Source of the DNA: a virus
Virus record (IMG/VR): IMGVR_UViG_3300032214_001486
Span: 40,975 to 104,974 of that record
DNA length: 64,000 nt
Strand: one strand, 5' to 3'
The stretch's first letter is position 1. Each line of letters starts with the position of its first letter. Made by a program: the position numbers and the translations under genes. The notes beneath the pieces are model-generated. The model was not told the origin of the DNA and did not search any database. It saw only the letters and a program-made list of their open reading frames with translations. Positions 39,745 through 48,792 of this stretch are shown here, one piece after another.

Positions 39745-40917
39745 TTACTTCCGGGCGCGGAAGCTGATTTTGCGACCATCGCGGGTACGGAAGCTCACGT
39801 TGCTGTTGCGACGGCTGTTCGCACGGAGCGCCATCGACTGCACGCGCTCACCCGCCGGCAGGACGTTATCGAGCAGGGCCCGGCTGGTGGCCGGCTTGCG
39901 GCTGCTGACGCGGTAGACCCACGCTTCCCAATTGCGACCGTTGACCGCCCCATCCACAATGAAGCCGTCCACGACTTCACCCAGACCGGCGTTCTTGAAT
40001 TCGGCAAGGCTTTCATCACCATCGTCGATCATGTCCAACGCCATTTTCTGACTAATCCGGTGATCCGCGACCTTCGCCGCAGTACGGAGCAGAGTCTTGG
40101 CGTCAATGGCCGCCGCGCGAGCGGTCGCGTAAGGCCCGAGATCGGCCCCGCGGTTGAGGTCGAATTCACCGTTTACCAGCACGGCGACGCGGTAGATACC
40201 CACGCCGGCCCGCCGACCGCCCTTCGCCTTGTGCTTCTCGCTGATTTTCACCCGAGTAGCAGTAGAGGGCACAATCCCCTTGCGCGAAGCACGGCCCTTG
40301 GGGGCCTTGCGCTCCGCAGGAAATGCCTCTTTCATTCCCGCGCGCACAATAGCCAGCCGTAGCTCCTCGGCCGTCAATTGCGAGTAGCTCGGGATCTTCA
40401 GACTCTTAGCCTCCTTCAGCAGACCTTTACGGTCCAGCCCGCTGATCTCCTCTTGAATTTCTTGGCGCGTTTGAGCCCGCTCACTCTTGGGGGCTTTGTC
40501 CGGCAGCGGGTAGGAAACATCCACCTCAGCCTTGACAACGGCCGCCAGCAGATCCTTCGCGCCCATCTTCGATAGGCCGGTCAGGCCCAGATCTTTTGCA
40601 TCTGTGCGAAGGATATTTAGCTTTTCTTCCCCCTTGTACTTAGCGTAAGCAGCACGGACTTCCGCCCGATACTGCTTGCGCTGCTCCTTGATTTCACTCA
40701 AAGTAAAACCGCCGGAGACAGCCTGAGCGGCGGGCTTCGAGGCGGCAGGCTTCGGAGCCGGGGCGGGGGCGGGGGCGGGCGCCGCGACCGGGGCCTTGGG
40801 GGCCTTGGGGGCAGCGGAGGCGGCAGCGGCTTGAGCCTTTGAGGGGCGGTCGCGCTTCTTTTTTTCGCCGGCCTTAGCCTCGGTTTTGGTGTCGGTGCTG
40901 TTTCGGAAAACCAACAT
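39745..40917 (-). CDS. basic nucleic-acid-binding core protein with two Rho-N/HEH-like motifs
   Basis: AKDLGLTGLSKMGAKDL and AKSLKIPSYSQLTAEEL; FRNS, RANSRRNS. Confidence 0.65.
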   Translation of the reverse strand: MLVFRNSTDTKTEAKAGEKKKRDRPSKAQAAAASAAPKAPKAPVAAPAPAPAPAPKPAASKPAAQAVSGGFTLSEIKEQRKQYRAEVRAAYAKYKGEEKLNILRTDAKDLGLTGLSKMGAKDLLAAVVKAEVDVSYPLPDKAPKSERAQTRQEIQEEISGLDRKGLLKEAKSLKIPSYSQLTAEELRLAIVRAGMKEAFPAERKAPKGRASRKGIVPSTATRVKISEKHKAKGGRRAGVGIYRVAVLVNGEFDLNRGADLGPYATARAAAIDAKTLLRTAAKVADHRISQKMALDMIDDGDESLAEFKNAGLGEVVDGFIVDGAVNGRNWEAWVYRVSSRKPATSRALLDNVLPAGERVQSMALRANSRRNSNVSFRTRDGRKISFRARK

Positions 40918-40949
40918 TACAGTCTCCTGTCGGTGCGGGGGTGTGGGGG

Positions 40950-41333
40950 TTACTGCGAAACCATCAGAGCCAATTCGACGGTCACCGCATTTCCGGCGGG
41001 TGCTGTGACGGCGAGCCGGATAAACTTGCTCGGCACGACCGCCACAGGAATTACGGTTGGAACCCCCGGTGGAAGTACAGTAGCAGATACCTCTAAGGGG
41101 ATCAAGGTCTGAACCGCGTTGGCGTCAGAAATTGAGGCTTGAACCGAAACGGTCGCCCCCGCAGCCCCCGCCGTCTGACTCGCATAGACCAGAAGGCGCG
41201 GGGCGCCTCGGTTTTGGAGATAGGTGAAGAACGTGGTAGCCCCCGCATTGATCACGCGCGCTTCCCAATACTGAGAAAGCTGCGTGGCTGCGACGACTAT
41301 AGCGCCCGTGGCGGTTGCGTTTACATGCGACAT
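40950..41333 (-). CDS. small all-beta jelly-roll-like virion protein (penton or vertex candidate)
   Basis: 127 aa of alternating beta strands ending SKFIRLAVT...VTVELAL. Confidence 0.55.
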   Translation of the reverse strand: MSHVNATATGAIVVAATQLSQYWEARVINAGATTFFTYLQNRGAPRLLVYASQTAGAAGATVSVQASISDANAVQTLIPLEVSATVLPPGVPTVIPVAVVPSKFIRLAVTAPAGNAVTVELALMVSQ

Positions 41334-41342
41334 ACTGCCCCC

Positions 41343-42029
41343 TTAGTAGTACGACGCCATGAGTCGGAAATTGTTACTCGGGACGCCGGCCACAAGCCAG
41401 CCCGGCTCGTCTATGAGAGGCGAGCTACGGTACTGAAAGCGAAGCTCGCAGCGCCAGTAACGGATGGGGTAGCCCCCACCAGTCGGCATGAATTGGGCGA
41501 CGGCGGAAGGCATCGTGCCGACAAAATCGGTCGTTATGTCCTCGTCGTCGGACACCTGCTGAATGGCGTTGGGGTCGTTGATGCTTGCGTATTCCCGCGC
41601 AAGCACCCGGAACCCAAAGGACCGAGCCCATGTGCGGAAATTCAGGTTGTAAATCTGGACCCACAGCTTGCCCGCAGCCCCCAACGGCCGCCAGATCGGG
41701 TATGTACCCGTGTTCTGGACGACCGTTGGCGTGGCTACAGGGGGCCCAAACGTCTGCGGCGAACCCGTCAGATAGGCTTGACCCTGGCCCCGGTCCATCG
41801 CTGCGCCACGAAGCTCGGGGCGCAGGTCGAAGGTAGCAGAGCGCCAAACCGCCTGGGCGTAGACCAGGGGCTCGGCAAGCTCCAGCGCGTACTGCAATTC
41901 GATGGGGGTGATATTCCACAACGCCGTAGGCATGTTTGCCGGATACGGGTAGGGAATGGCCCCCAGCGGATTTGCGAGGAACGCAGCATCCGAAAATTGG
42001 TCGGGATTGCGACCGGGGATTTTTGTCAT
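41343..42029 (-). CDS. putative minor capsid or vertex protein
   Basis: Beta-rich, aromatic (WRSATFDLRP...IRYWRCELRF); in the capsid block. Confidence 0.55.
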   Translation of the reverse strand: MTKIPGRNPDQFSDAAFLANPLGAIPYPYPANMPTALWNITPIELQYALELAEPLVYAQAVWRSATFDLRPELRGAAMDRGQGQAYLTGSPQTFGPPVATPTVVQNTGTYPIWRPLGAAGKLWVQIYNLNFRTWARSFGFRVLAREYASINDPNAIQQVSDDEDITTDFVGTMPSAVAQFMPTGGGYPIRYWRCELRFQYRSSPLIDEPGWLVAGVPSNNFRLMASYY

Positions 42030-42031
42030 GC

Positions 42032-42727
42032 TTATTGACCGACGGTGTAGTTGCTGGGCGCGCGAACCTCGACACAATGCAGAGAAATGTCGATCCGCAG
42101 AGAGGCGAGCAGCGGCGTGATCCCAAGCTGGACGGACGCGCCCGGCTGAATGACATAGCCCGTGCCGCCGACTTCGCCGGGGTTAAAGCCGTCACCGATA
42201 CAGGTTGTCGCCAACCGCGGGCCGGTCATCAGCTTGTCGCCTGTCGAATACTCGATGCGGAACAGGTACGTTCCGTTGGCTTGCACGCCCAGCGGGAAAG
42301 CGTTGCCGACCCCCGTATTGAACGCACCGCCGTTCATGGCGATAAGGTAACAGGGAATGTCAAAGTTGACAATTCGAATAGCCTCCTGCCCAACCGTATA
42401 GTCCGGGTCACCCGACGACAAAGTAGCGCCGTAGAACCGGGTCTGTGTGCCGATATTGCCGGAAGTAGGCAGATACGGGGCGGTCGGGAACACCGGGACA
42501 CGAACAGCGCGAGGGGTCTGCGGCTTTTGCGCGGCCTGCTGCGTCACCTGCAAGAGCGCCTGCAATTGCTGGCCCTGGGCCGCAACCTGCTGGGCTTGAA
42601 TATGTAGCTGGGCCTGTAGGGCTGCGATGTAATTACCGACCGCACCGCTATTCCCGTAGGGGTCAGCCCCGGCAACCAGCGCGCCCATGCCGGGCATTTG
42701 CGTAACCGCGGATCGAAAGTCAGACAT
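42032..42727 (-). CDS. second single-jelly-roll-like capsid protein candidate
   Basis: Short N-terminal coil then about 150-aa beta sandwich (FDIPCYLIAM...VIQPGASVQL...IDISLH). Confidence 0.6.
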   Translation of the reverse strand: MSDFRSAVTQMPGMGALVAGADPYGNSGAVGNYIAALQAQLHIQAQQVAAQGQQLQALLQVTQQAAQKPQTPRAVRVPVFPTAPYLPTSGNIGTQTRFYGATLSSGDPDYTVGQEAIRIVNFDIPCYLIAMNGGAFNTGVGNAFPLGVQANGTYLFRIEYSTGDKLMTGPRLATTCIGDGFNPGEVGGTGYVIQPGASVQLGITPLLASLRIDISLHCVEVRAPSNYTVGQ

Positions 42728-42864
42728 GATTTACCCCTTTGTGGGAGTACGGAGAGGGAGACAGGGGGGAGTATACCCCAAGGGGGGCCCCGAGGGGAAT
42801 AGGCAAACCGGGGCGGGCCTGGGGGCCTGGAGGCTTGGGGCCTGGGGGCCTGGGGTGTAAATGC

Positions 42865-42906
42865 ACAAAAGTAAGACGGCCCGCCCGCGGAGTCCGGGGC
42901 GGGCCG
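42865..42906 (-). terminator. rho-independent terminator after the major capsid candidate
   Basis: CGGCCCGCCC/GGGCGGGCCG stem plus TCTTACTTTT on the minus strand. Confidence 0.7.
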
Positions 42907-42954
42907 AATGGGGAGTATCGGAAGGGGAAACCGACCCTCCACCGGGGGTACAGA

Positions 42955-43647
42955 TCAGCCGATCTCGATCACGTTCTTGTAATAGCCCAGGAGAGCGACC
43001 TTGATCGCCAGGGCGAAGTTCGCGCCTACGGCCGGGGCGCGGCTACCAAAGCGGAGGATGGTCGAGAAGGTCGTGGTGGCCGGGAGGGCGACCGCGTGCT
43101 TCCGGTACATCCAAACGCTACCAGCACCGTTGTTCATCGCGCCGCTGTTCGCGCCGGCCGCGTTCTGCGACACGGAACCAAACGCGCCGCCACCAGCGCC
43201 GATCATGTGGATCGGGCTAATGTCAACGGTGGTCTGGGTGAAGTCCCAGCTCAGTACGCCGTTGTTGAGCACGTTCTGGAGGTTGCCGATCTTCTCGGGG
43301 GTGTCCAGGGGAGCCGCGAGGGAGCTATCGAGGCCCGTGCCGCAGTAGACGTGGCACGAAATGCCGAATACGTCGAACGCGACACCGGCCGGGATACGAC
43401 CGCCTTCCTTCAGAGAGGTTTCGGCGATTGTCAAGGCTTGGCCGAAGCCTTGCCCCTGCTGCCCGAGCGGGGTCGCAAACAGACGGTTGGTGCTGTTGGC
43501 GAGCGCCGCGGTCGCCGCAAAGCCCTGGGTACTCCAAATACTTTGCTCGCCGTAGCGGAAAAGCTGGGTGGGTTGGCGGAACGGAACCGGGGGGATCGAA
43601 ATGTCGGGCGGGGCCACGAGGGCCATGCCGGGAGTGCCGTAGGACAT
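42955..43647 (-). CDS. putative major capsid protein, single jelly-roll type
   Basis: 230 aa, beta-rich; LFATPLGQ...TIAETSLKEGGRIPAGVAFDVFGI motif and terminal IKVALLG strand, a pattern I associate with SJR capsid proteins; GGAG RBS, own terminator. Confidence 0.7.
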   Translation of the reverse strand: MSYGTPGMALVAPPDISIPPVPFRQPTQLFRYGEQSIWSTQGFAATAALANSTNRLFATPLGQQGQGFGQALTIAETSLKEGGRIPAGVAFDVFGISCHVYCGTGLDSSLAAPLDTPEKIGNLQNVLNNGVLSWDFTQTTVDISPIHMIGAGGGAFGSVSQNAAGANSGAMNNGAGSVWMYRKHAVALPATTTFSTILRFGSRAPAVGANFALAIKVALLGYYKNVIEIG

Positions 43648-43718
43648 GGGAAATCTCCAAGGGGGGAAGGAGCGAGGGGGAGGGGTTGCACCGAGTACCA
43701 ATTACCCGGCGCAGAGGG

Positions 43719-45131
43719 TCAGAACGCCGAGCCCGCAAAGAGGGTAGCACCAAGCTCCCCGCTGCTGAGGGCCAAGCCGTTCATATCGAGCGCCAAACCG
43801 GCGGTTTCACCCGCGGTCGCGGCAGAGGGGGTAACAACGGAGGCCGGTACAGTGGTCTGCGCGCCGGGGTTGGTCCCCGCCGAAGCAGCCGCCGCGGCGG
43901 TCTGCTGCTCAACCGTGGCGATAGCCTGGGCCTTGATTTGCTCCAAGAGAGCGACGCGCTTCTCGGGGGAGAGCGCCGCGATCTTCGCAAACCGTTCCCA
44001 GCCGACCAGACAGATCAACCAACCGAAACGGTGACCGGGGCGGCCCGCGAGCGAGCTAATACCCTGACCGTTATAGTTGATCGCCTGCGTCGGAGCGTCC
44101 CCGAAGGTGCGGTGCCAAGCGTGCTGACCCGAAAGGGCAGCTTGGCCCTCCTGTACGGAGAGATCGGCGGGGGCGTAGTAGGCATCGGCAAGGCTGGCTC
44201 CGCTGTAATCTACAGCGGAGCCCTTACCGAAAGGGACGACATCATAGGCCATCCCGTCGCCAAAGCCGGCAGTATCGGTGAGGGCAAGGCCCGACATATC
44301 GGTGAGAGCGAGGCCCGACATATCAGTGAGGGCGAGGCCATCAAGGTCGTCGTCGTCACCCGACAGATCATCGTCGTCGTCACCGTCAAGGTCGAGATCG
44401 CCAAGATCGCCGGCCTTGTCGGACAGGAAGCGGTAAATGTCGAGCGCGCCGCCTACAAGCAGAGCGCCGACCGCAACCTGATTACGAAGCTCTTTGGAGC
44501 CGACCGGGACAAAATTCAGGACAGTGGCGACAGCGGCGCCCTGTACGGTGAACTTGACCGGCGAAATGGCGCGGAGGGCCGACTTAACAGCCGGGACCGC
44601 GCTCAGACCGCGCATCAGGCCGTAGTGGACAGCGCCCACCGCGACACCGACGAGGATCGGAGAAATGTACCCCGCGACAGTGTTACCGACGACCGGGATC
44701 TTGCGGGCCAAGCCCTCGACCGGAGCGGTAAACTGGTTGCTGAACGCGCCAAAAGCGTTCCGGCGTACAACCTTCTTACCCCGGCGGCGGTTGCCGTGGA
44801 GGTTCATCAGAAGGGTGTTCCGGCGCATACGGCGCATACCGTTCCGGTGCATACCGCGCAGCCCATTCCGGCGGCCGTTGCCGTGAAGGTTCATCAGCAG
44901 GGTGTTCCGGCGCACACCGCGGCGGGCGTTGCGGCGACCGTTGCCGTGAAGGTTCATCAGCAGCGTGTTCCGGCGGTGGGAAGTGTTCCGCCGACGAGCA
45001 GCCCCCTTCCGCTTGCGGTTGGTACGCAGCTTTAACCCAGCGAGAGCGCGAGCAGCGCCCCGCTTCGGGTTAGACTTGGATACGAACAACGCGCCGCTGA
45101 GCGGTGCGCCGTTACGGAACATGAGGGGCAT
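43719..45131 (-). CDS. putative major core/membrane protein: Arg-rich RRN-repeat N-terminus, hydrophobic middle, acidic C-terminal region
   Basis: RRNTLLMNLHGN x3; TM-like segments; GLALTD x3; AAGGAG RBS; immediately upstream of the capsid candidate. Confidence 0.7.
   Translation of the reverse strand: MPLMFRNGAPLSGALFVSKSNPKRGAARALAGLKLRTNRKRKGAARRRNTSHRRNTLLMNLHGNGRRNARRGVRRNTLLMNLHGNGRRNGLRGMHRNGMRRMRRNTLLMNLHGNRRRGKKVVRRNAFGAFSNQFTAPVEGLARKIPVVGNTVAGYISPILVGVAVGAVHYGLMRGLSAVPAVKSALRAISPVKFTVQGAAVATVLNFVPVGSKELRNQVAVGALLVGGALDIYRFLSDKAGDLGDLDLDGDDDDDLSGDDDDLDGLALTDMSGLALTDMSGLALTDTAGFGDGMAYDVVPFGKGSAVDYSGASLADAYYAPADLSVQEGQAALSGQHAWHRTFGDAPTQAINYNGQGISSLAGRPGHRFGWLICLVGWERFAKIAALSPEKRVALLEQIKAQAIATVEQQTAAAAASAGTNPGAQTTVPASVVTPSAATAGETAGLALDMNGLALSSGELGATLFAGSAF
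44790..44975. repeat. three copies of a 36-bp coding repeat (RRNTLLMNLHGN)
   Basis: 44790-44825, 44877-44912, 44940-44975. Confidence 0.9.
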
Positions 45132-45219
45132 GAGGTAACTCCTTTTTTGGAGGTCCAGAGGGGCATGGATGATCTTTGCACAGTCGAACCCGGTTGGGTA
45201 TGTGGTACAACAACACCGG

Positions 45220-45258
45220 AGGCCCTTCGAGGGCCCGCCGAGGGCCCTCAAAGGGCCT
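45220..45258. promoter_or_regulatory. double palindrome, candidate operator
   Basis: AGGCCCTTCGAGGGCCC-GCCGA-GGGCCCTCAAAGGGCCT between divergent genes. Confidence 0.6.
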
Positions 45259-45304
45259 TCACCCCGACCGCATCCCCCTCAATTTCGTGCCGTAGGTGAC
45301 AGAT

Positions 45305-45574
45305 ATGAGCCCAAGCGCCGCTGCAAAGACAGTTACAAAGCCCGTAACGGCGGAGAAGCCAAAAAAGGATGACTGGATTACGGTGAAGCTGCGCCTAAAG
45401 CCCCATGTAGTCGCCGCGCTGCATCAGGCCGCAGAGCAGGAGAGCGAAAATACAGGCAAGCGGGTGTATGCCACTGATATACTTAGGGCTGCGCTCAAAG
45501 CCTACTGTACGACGCACAATATCGACATTAGAAAAAAAGAATTCCTCCCGTCTACCCTCAGTGAGAGAGCTTGA
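45305..45574 (+). CDS. ribbon-helix-helix-like regulator
   Basis: ITVKLRLKPHVVAALHQAA...ATDILRAALKAY. Confidence 0.65.
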   Translation: MSPSAAAKTVTKPVTAEKPKKDDWITVKLRLKPHVVAALHQAAEQESENTGKRVYATDILRAALKAYCTTHNIDIRKKEFLPSTLSERA

Positions 45575-45620
45575 CGAGAGGAACGGAAAGATCGGCGTTG
45601 CGGGCCGGCTTATGCCGGTT

Positions 45621-46256
45621 TTAGTGCGTGATGCCGTTATTGGGGCAGGTGTATCCGCCGCCGACAATCCAGAAATTGCCGTCCGCAGAAACCGCCAGGG
45701 CCGGCTCGATCCCGCCTTCCTCCCCCATCCGGTGAATGTACTTGCTCGCCGGGTCATCACCCTTTTTGTGGGTGAAGTAGGTGACGTAGTAGAGGATACC
45801 CAGCGGCTTGACGGTCACATCGGGGTAACCGTGCAGGTGGTGCCCGCCAATTTCCTTCGCCAAGTCTTTCAGCTTGATCCGCGAGCTTGACGGCAGCGCG
45901 TTCCATAGCTGCTGCGCGTCCCGCTTGGACGTTTGAGAGAGCAGAATATAGAGGCGCTGATACTTGTGCTTAGGGTCGAAACTCAGGTGATTGTTATTGT
46001 AATCTTCAGGAGGTACTTCAATCAAAGCCAGGGTAGAAGGCTCATTTCCCATGCGGGCCGCTTCCTCGTGAAGCGACTTGGTTTTCACCATACGCAGGTT
46101 GAGCCCTTCTACCGGGTCGAAGTGTAGCTCGGTGAGCAGCCCACACTCCATGAGCGGGTGCTTAGCCGACAAGCCGGGAACATCAAATTCCCGCTTGTGC
46201 GTGGCGGGATTGCCCCAATGCCAATCTTGGTAGATTTCGTTGTACTTGCGCGACAT
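45621..46256 (-). CDS. virion-associated hypothetical protein
   Basis: YQDWHWG...YVTYFTHKKGD...YIHRMGEE...GGGY; last gene of the membrane-protein operon. Confidence 0.65.
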   Translation of the reverse strand: MSRKYNEIYQDWHWGNPATHKREFDVPGLSAKHPLMECGLLTELHFDPVEGLNLRMVKTKSLHEEAARMGNEPSTLALIEVPPEDYNNNHLSFDPKHKYQRLYILLSQTSKRDAQQLWNALPSSSRIKLKDLAKEIGGHHLHGYPDVTVKPLGILYYVTYFTHKKGDDPASKYIHRMGEEGGIEPALAVSADGNFWIVGGGYTCPNNGITH

Positions 46257-46258
46257 AG

Positions 46259-47038
46259 TTAGACTCCCTTGAAAGCCAGCAGGACCAGACCAAGAACGGC
46301 GACGGTGCCGACCCCACCATACACCATCAACCGCTGTTTACGGGCACGCGCTCGCCGCGCTTTCACTCGCTGGTTTTTGCGTTTCTTCTTTTTTTCTTCC
46401 TCGGAAGCGCCCGGTGTGAGGGCGTCCTTGGTCGCGGCCTCCTCTGCGCTGGGGTCCAGCTTGTACTTTTGCTGGTCAGCGACCATTTGCGGTAAGCCGG
46501 TGCCCCCCTTGGGCCGCTCACCAAAGTAGACCGACAACGCTCGCAATTGAGGGTCAGACACAATCTGAGGGCCGCTGACGGCTTGAACAGCAGCCCACCC
46601 TTGACCCATGATCGAAACGATAGCCCCTATGTCCTTTGAATTGATTTTCAGAGAGTCAACGCGGCCCAAGGTAGCCTTCGCCGCGGAGGCAAGGCCGGGA
46701 TTTTTGAGATACCGGGCGGCCAACGCCATGAGATAGGCGGATTTAACGTAGGCTTGCGCCATATCCGTAGGCGCCTTCTGGACCCGGTTCGCAGCAGGCC
46801 CCATGAAACCGATGATGGTGTTGAGCCAAGCCTGATTTTCAGCCAAGCCGATCTGCTCTAAGGCTTCGTCGGGCTTGACCGAAGTGAAGTCGTATTTTTC
46901 GTTTAAGTGCTCTGCGTACTTCCCGGCTGCCGCGCCAATGACGTAGCGCCCCCCATAATAGGTGCCGACCGCCAGCGGAATGAGAGGCACCCCATACCCG
47001 CCGTCAGAGTGGGCAGAGGGCCGAAAAAAGGTCGTCAT
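46259..47038 (-). CDS. C-terminally anchored membrane protein
   Basis: Basic run then TM helix; ATGA coupling. Confidence 0.7.
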   Translation of the reverse strand: MTTFFRPSAHSDGGYGVPLIPLAVGTYYGGRYVIGAAAGKYAEHLNEKYDFTSVKPDEALEQIGLAENQAWLNTIIGFMGPAANRVQKAPTDMAQAYVKSAYLMALAARYLKNPGLASAAKATLGRVDSLKINSKDIGAIVSIMGQGWAAVQAVSGPQIVSDPQLRALSVYFGERPKGGTGLPQMVADQQKYKLDPSAEEAATKDALTPGASEEEKKKKRKNQRVKARRARARKQRLMVYGGVGTVAVLGLVLLAFKGV

Positions 47039-47997
47039 GGTTGGGTTTCCTTCCGGCCTTTGCCGTGCGGGGCTTTGTTTGCCTGGGAGTATAGCACAGC
47101 CCCCACACCCAAAACACCCAAACTCAGCCAACCCCACACAGGTACACCGCCGACCTTGCGGGCCATTTGGCCTTGAAAAGACGCTGCTTCTACAGCTTTG
47201 GCCGTATCGACCTGCGCCTGTTGTGCCTGTTGTGCCTGTTCTTGTGCCTGCCGCCGCGCTTCTGCCCGCCGTTCCTTTCGTTCCTCCCGCCGTTCGTCAT
47301 AAGACGCTTCCAACGCTTCGATAAGGGCGATTTTGGCCTCTAACCGCGTCCGTTGCTTTTTGAGCCGGTTCGGGCCGCGCATGATACCAAAAGAGAGGAC
47401 TTGAAGCGTGCGGCGAGCACCGGGGCGGCGCTTCCATTTGCGCTGACGCTCCTTTACTTTGCTCAGGCGTTTCTTGTATACGCCCAACTTTTTGAGCCGC
47501 CAATCTTTCGGTTTGCGCGCTAATTTGATGACAAAGCCCGGTACTTCCTCGGGGTCGGGCAGCCCGAGCTTCTTTGCCCAGGCGATTGCCCGCTTCTTAT
47601 TGACCTTGCGCTGGCGAATACCTTTGACCAGGGCGATTGTGCCCGCGGTCGCCGCGAGCACCCCGCCGACAATCCAACCCACAACCGGGACGGTCGCAGA
47701 CGCCCCCGCCGCTGTGAGAAGGCCCGTGGTGGCCCCGCCGGCAGCTACAGCCCCACCAGCCCCCGCAGCGGCAGCCGCGCCACCCGCGGCAGCAGCCCCG
47801 CCGGCAGCCGCAACGCCGCCCGCAGCCGCGCCGCCCCCGCCGGCAAGCAAGGCGCCGATTTTCAGCCCTTGAACGCCCATGCTGGCCGTATTGGCTACGC
47901 CCTCGGCGGCCATCGCGGCATTTTCGCCGCCAGAGCTAACACCGCCCCGGCCCCAATCCGGGCTGGGCTCGCTGTACGGGGATGGAAGAAAAGCCAT
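47035..47997 (-). CDS. membrane protein with Gly/Ala-zipper N-terminus, basic coil and C-terminal TM
   Basis: GGAAAGG repeats, VPVVGWIVGG, terminal VPVWGWLSLGVLGVGAVLY. Confidence 0.7.
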   Translation of the reverse strand: MAFLPSPYSEPSPDWGRGGVSSGGENAAMAAEGVANTASMGVQGLKIGALLAGGGGAAAGGVAAAGGAAAAGGAAAAAGAGGAVAAGGATTGLLTAAGASATVPVVGWIVGGVLAATAGTIALVKGIRQRKVNKKRAIAWAKKLGLPDPEEVPGFVIKLARKPKDWRLKKLGVYKKRLSKVKERQRKWKRRPGARRTLQVLSFGIMRGPNRLKKQRTRLEAKIALIEALEASYDERREERKERRAEARRQAQEQAQQAQQAQVDTAKAVEAASFQGQMARKVGGVPVWGWLSLGVLGVGAVLYSQANKAPHGKGRKETQP

Positions 47998-48000
47998 AGC

Positions 48001-48792
48001 TCACCCGGTTGCGCGCTGTCGGCGCACGAAGCGGGCTGTTAGACCCAATAAGAGCAAAACGCCGCCCACAACGGTTACTTGGCCGAGTGTCCGCCATGTG
48101 CGCCGGGCGCTCTCTTGTTCCCGCTGTAGCTCGACGCGGCGCTCGGCCGCTTTTAGCTTGGCTTTCAGGACACGAAGCCGGGCCTGTAACGGGCCCCGCA
48201 GAAGGGGCGGGGCCCGCTTGATCATTTTTTGGGTATTCTTGATCCGTGCCCGCAGTACCTCTTGCTGCTGCGTCGGGTCAAGGACTTGTTCTAAGCCCGT
48301 CTTGACCAACGGCGCATACTCTTGGATCATGGCTTCCGTAGAAGCCGAGGACGATGCAGCCTTATCCCCGGCGGGCGCCGCTTCCCCTTCCCCGTAGTCA
48401 GACAGAACAGACGCCCGGAAAGCTCCCCCGGCAGAGCCCGCAAGGTCTGTGGGCGCCCCCGGCTGATCTTCTTCGATCTTGTACTGCAAGTAATTACGGA
48501 CCTTGGCTACATCGTGAGCCGCGGTCGCAATTTTGTAGTGGTTCCATTGGGGGATAACGTCACCGTCCTGTAACAGACGGCGCAGGACGCCCGCATCCCG
48601 CTGGATCTGCGCGAGCGCCGACTTTGCCATTTTGCCTTGATACGGCATAGGGTAGTCGAAATTCCGCACAACCGGGATGGGGGTCGGCATGGTGCCCAGG
48701 CGGGTAACGCCGCTCGGGCCGGCGAAACCGGCGAGGCCGGGGTTAGAAAACACACCGGACAGGTGGGCAAGGTGGCGAGAGCGGTAAGACAT
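48001..48792 (-). CDS. C-terminally anchored membrane protein with an internal helical module
   Basis: YQGKMAKSAL...IPQWNHYKI...VRNYL module bracketed by LAGFAG and LAG/YG; terminal TM. Confidence 0.7.
   Translation of the reverse strand: MSYRSRHLAHLSGVFSNPGLAGFAGPSGVTRLGTMPTPIPVVRNFDYPMPYQGKMAKSALAQIQRDAGVLRRLLQDGDVIPQWNHYKIATAAHDVAKVRNYLQYKIEEDQPGAPTDLAGSAGGAFRASVLSDYGEGEAAPAGDKAASSSASTEAMIQEYAPLVKTGLEQVLDPTQQQEVLRARIKNTQKMIKRAPPLLRGPLQARLRVLKAKLKAAERRVELQREQESARRTWRTLGQVTVVGGVLLLLGLTARFVRRQRATG

Noticed and set aside
42739-45035. Long plus-strand ORFs 42739..44034 and 43428..45035, and similar shadow ORFs elsewhere
   Set aside because: They are antisense to coherent minus-strand genes with RBS signals, as expected in high-GC coding DNA.
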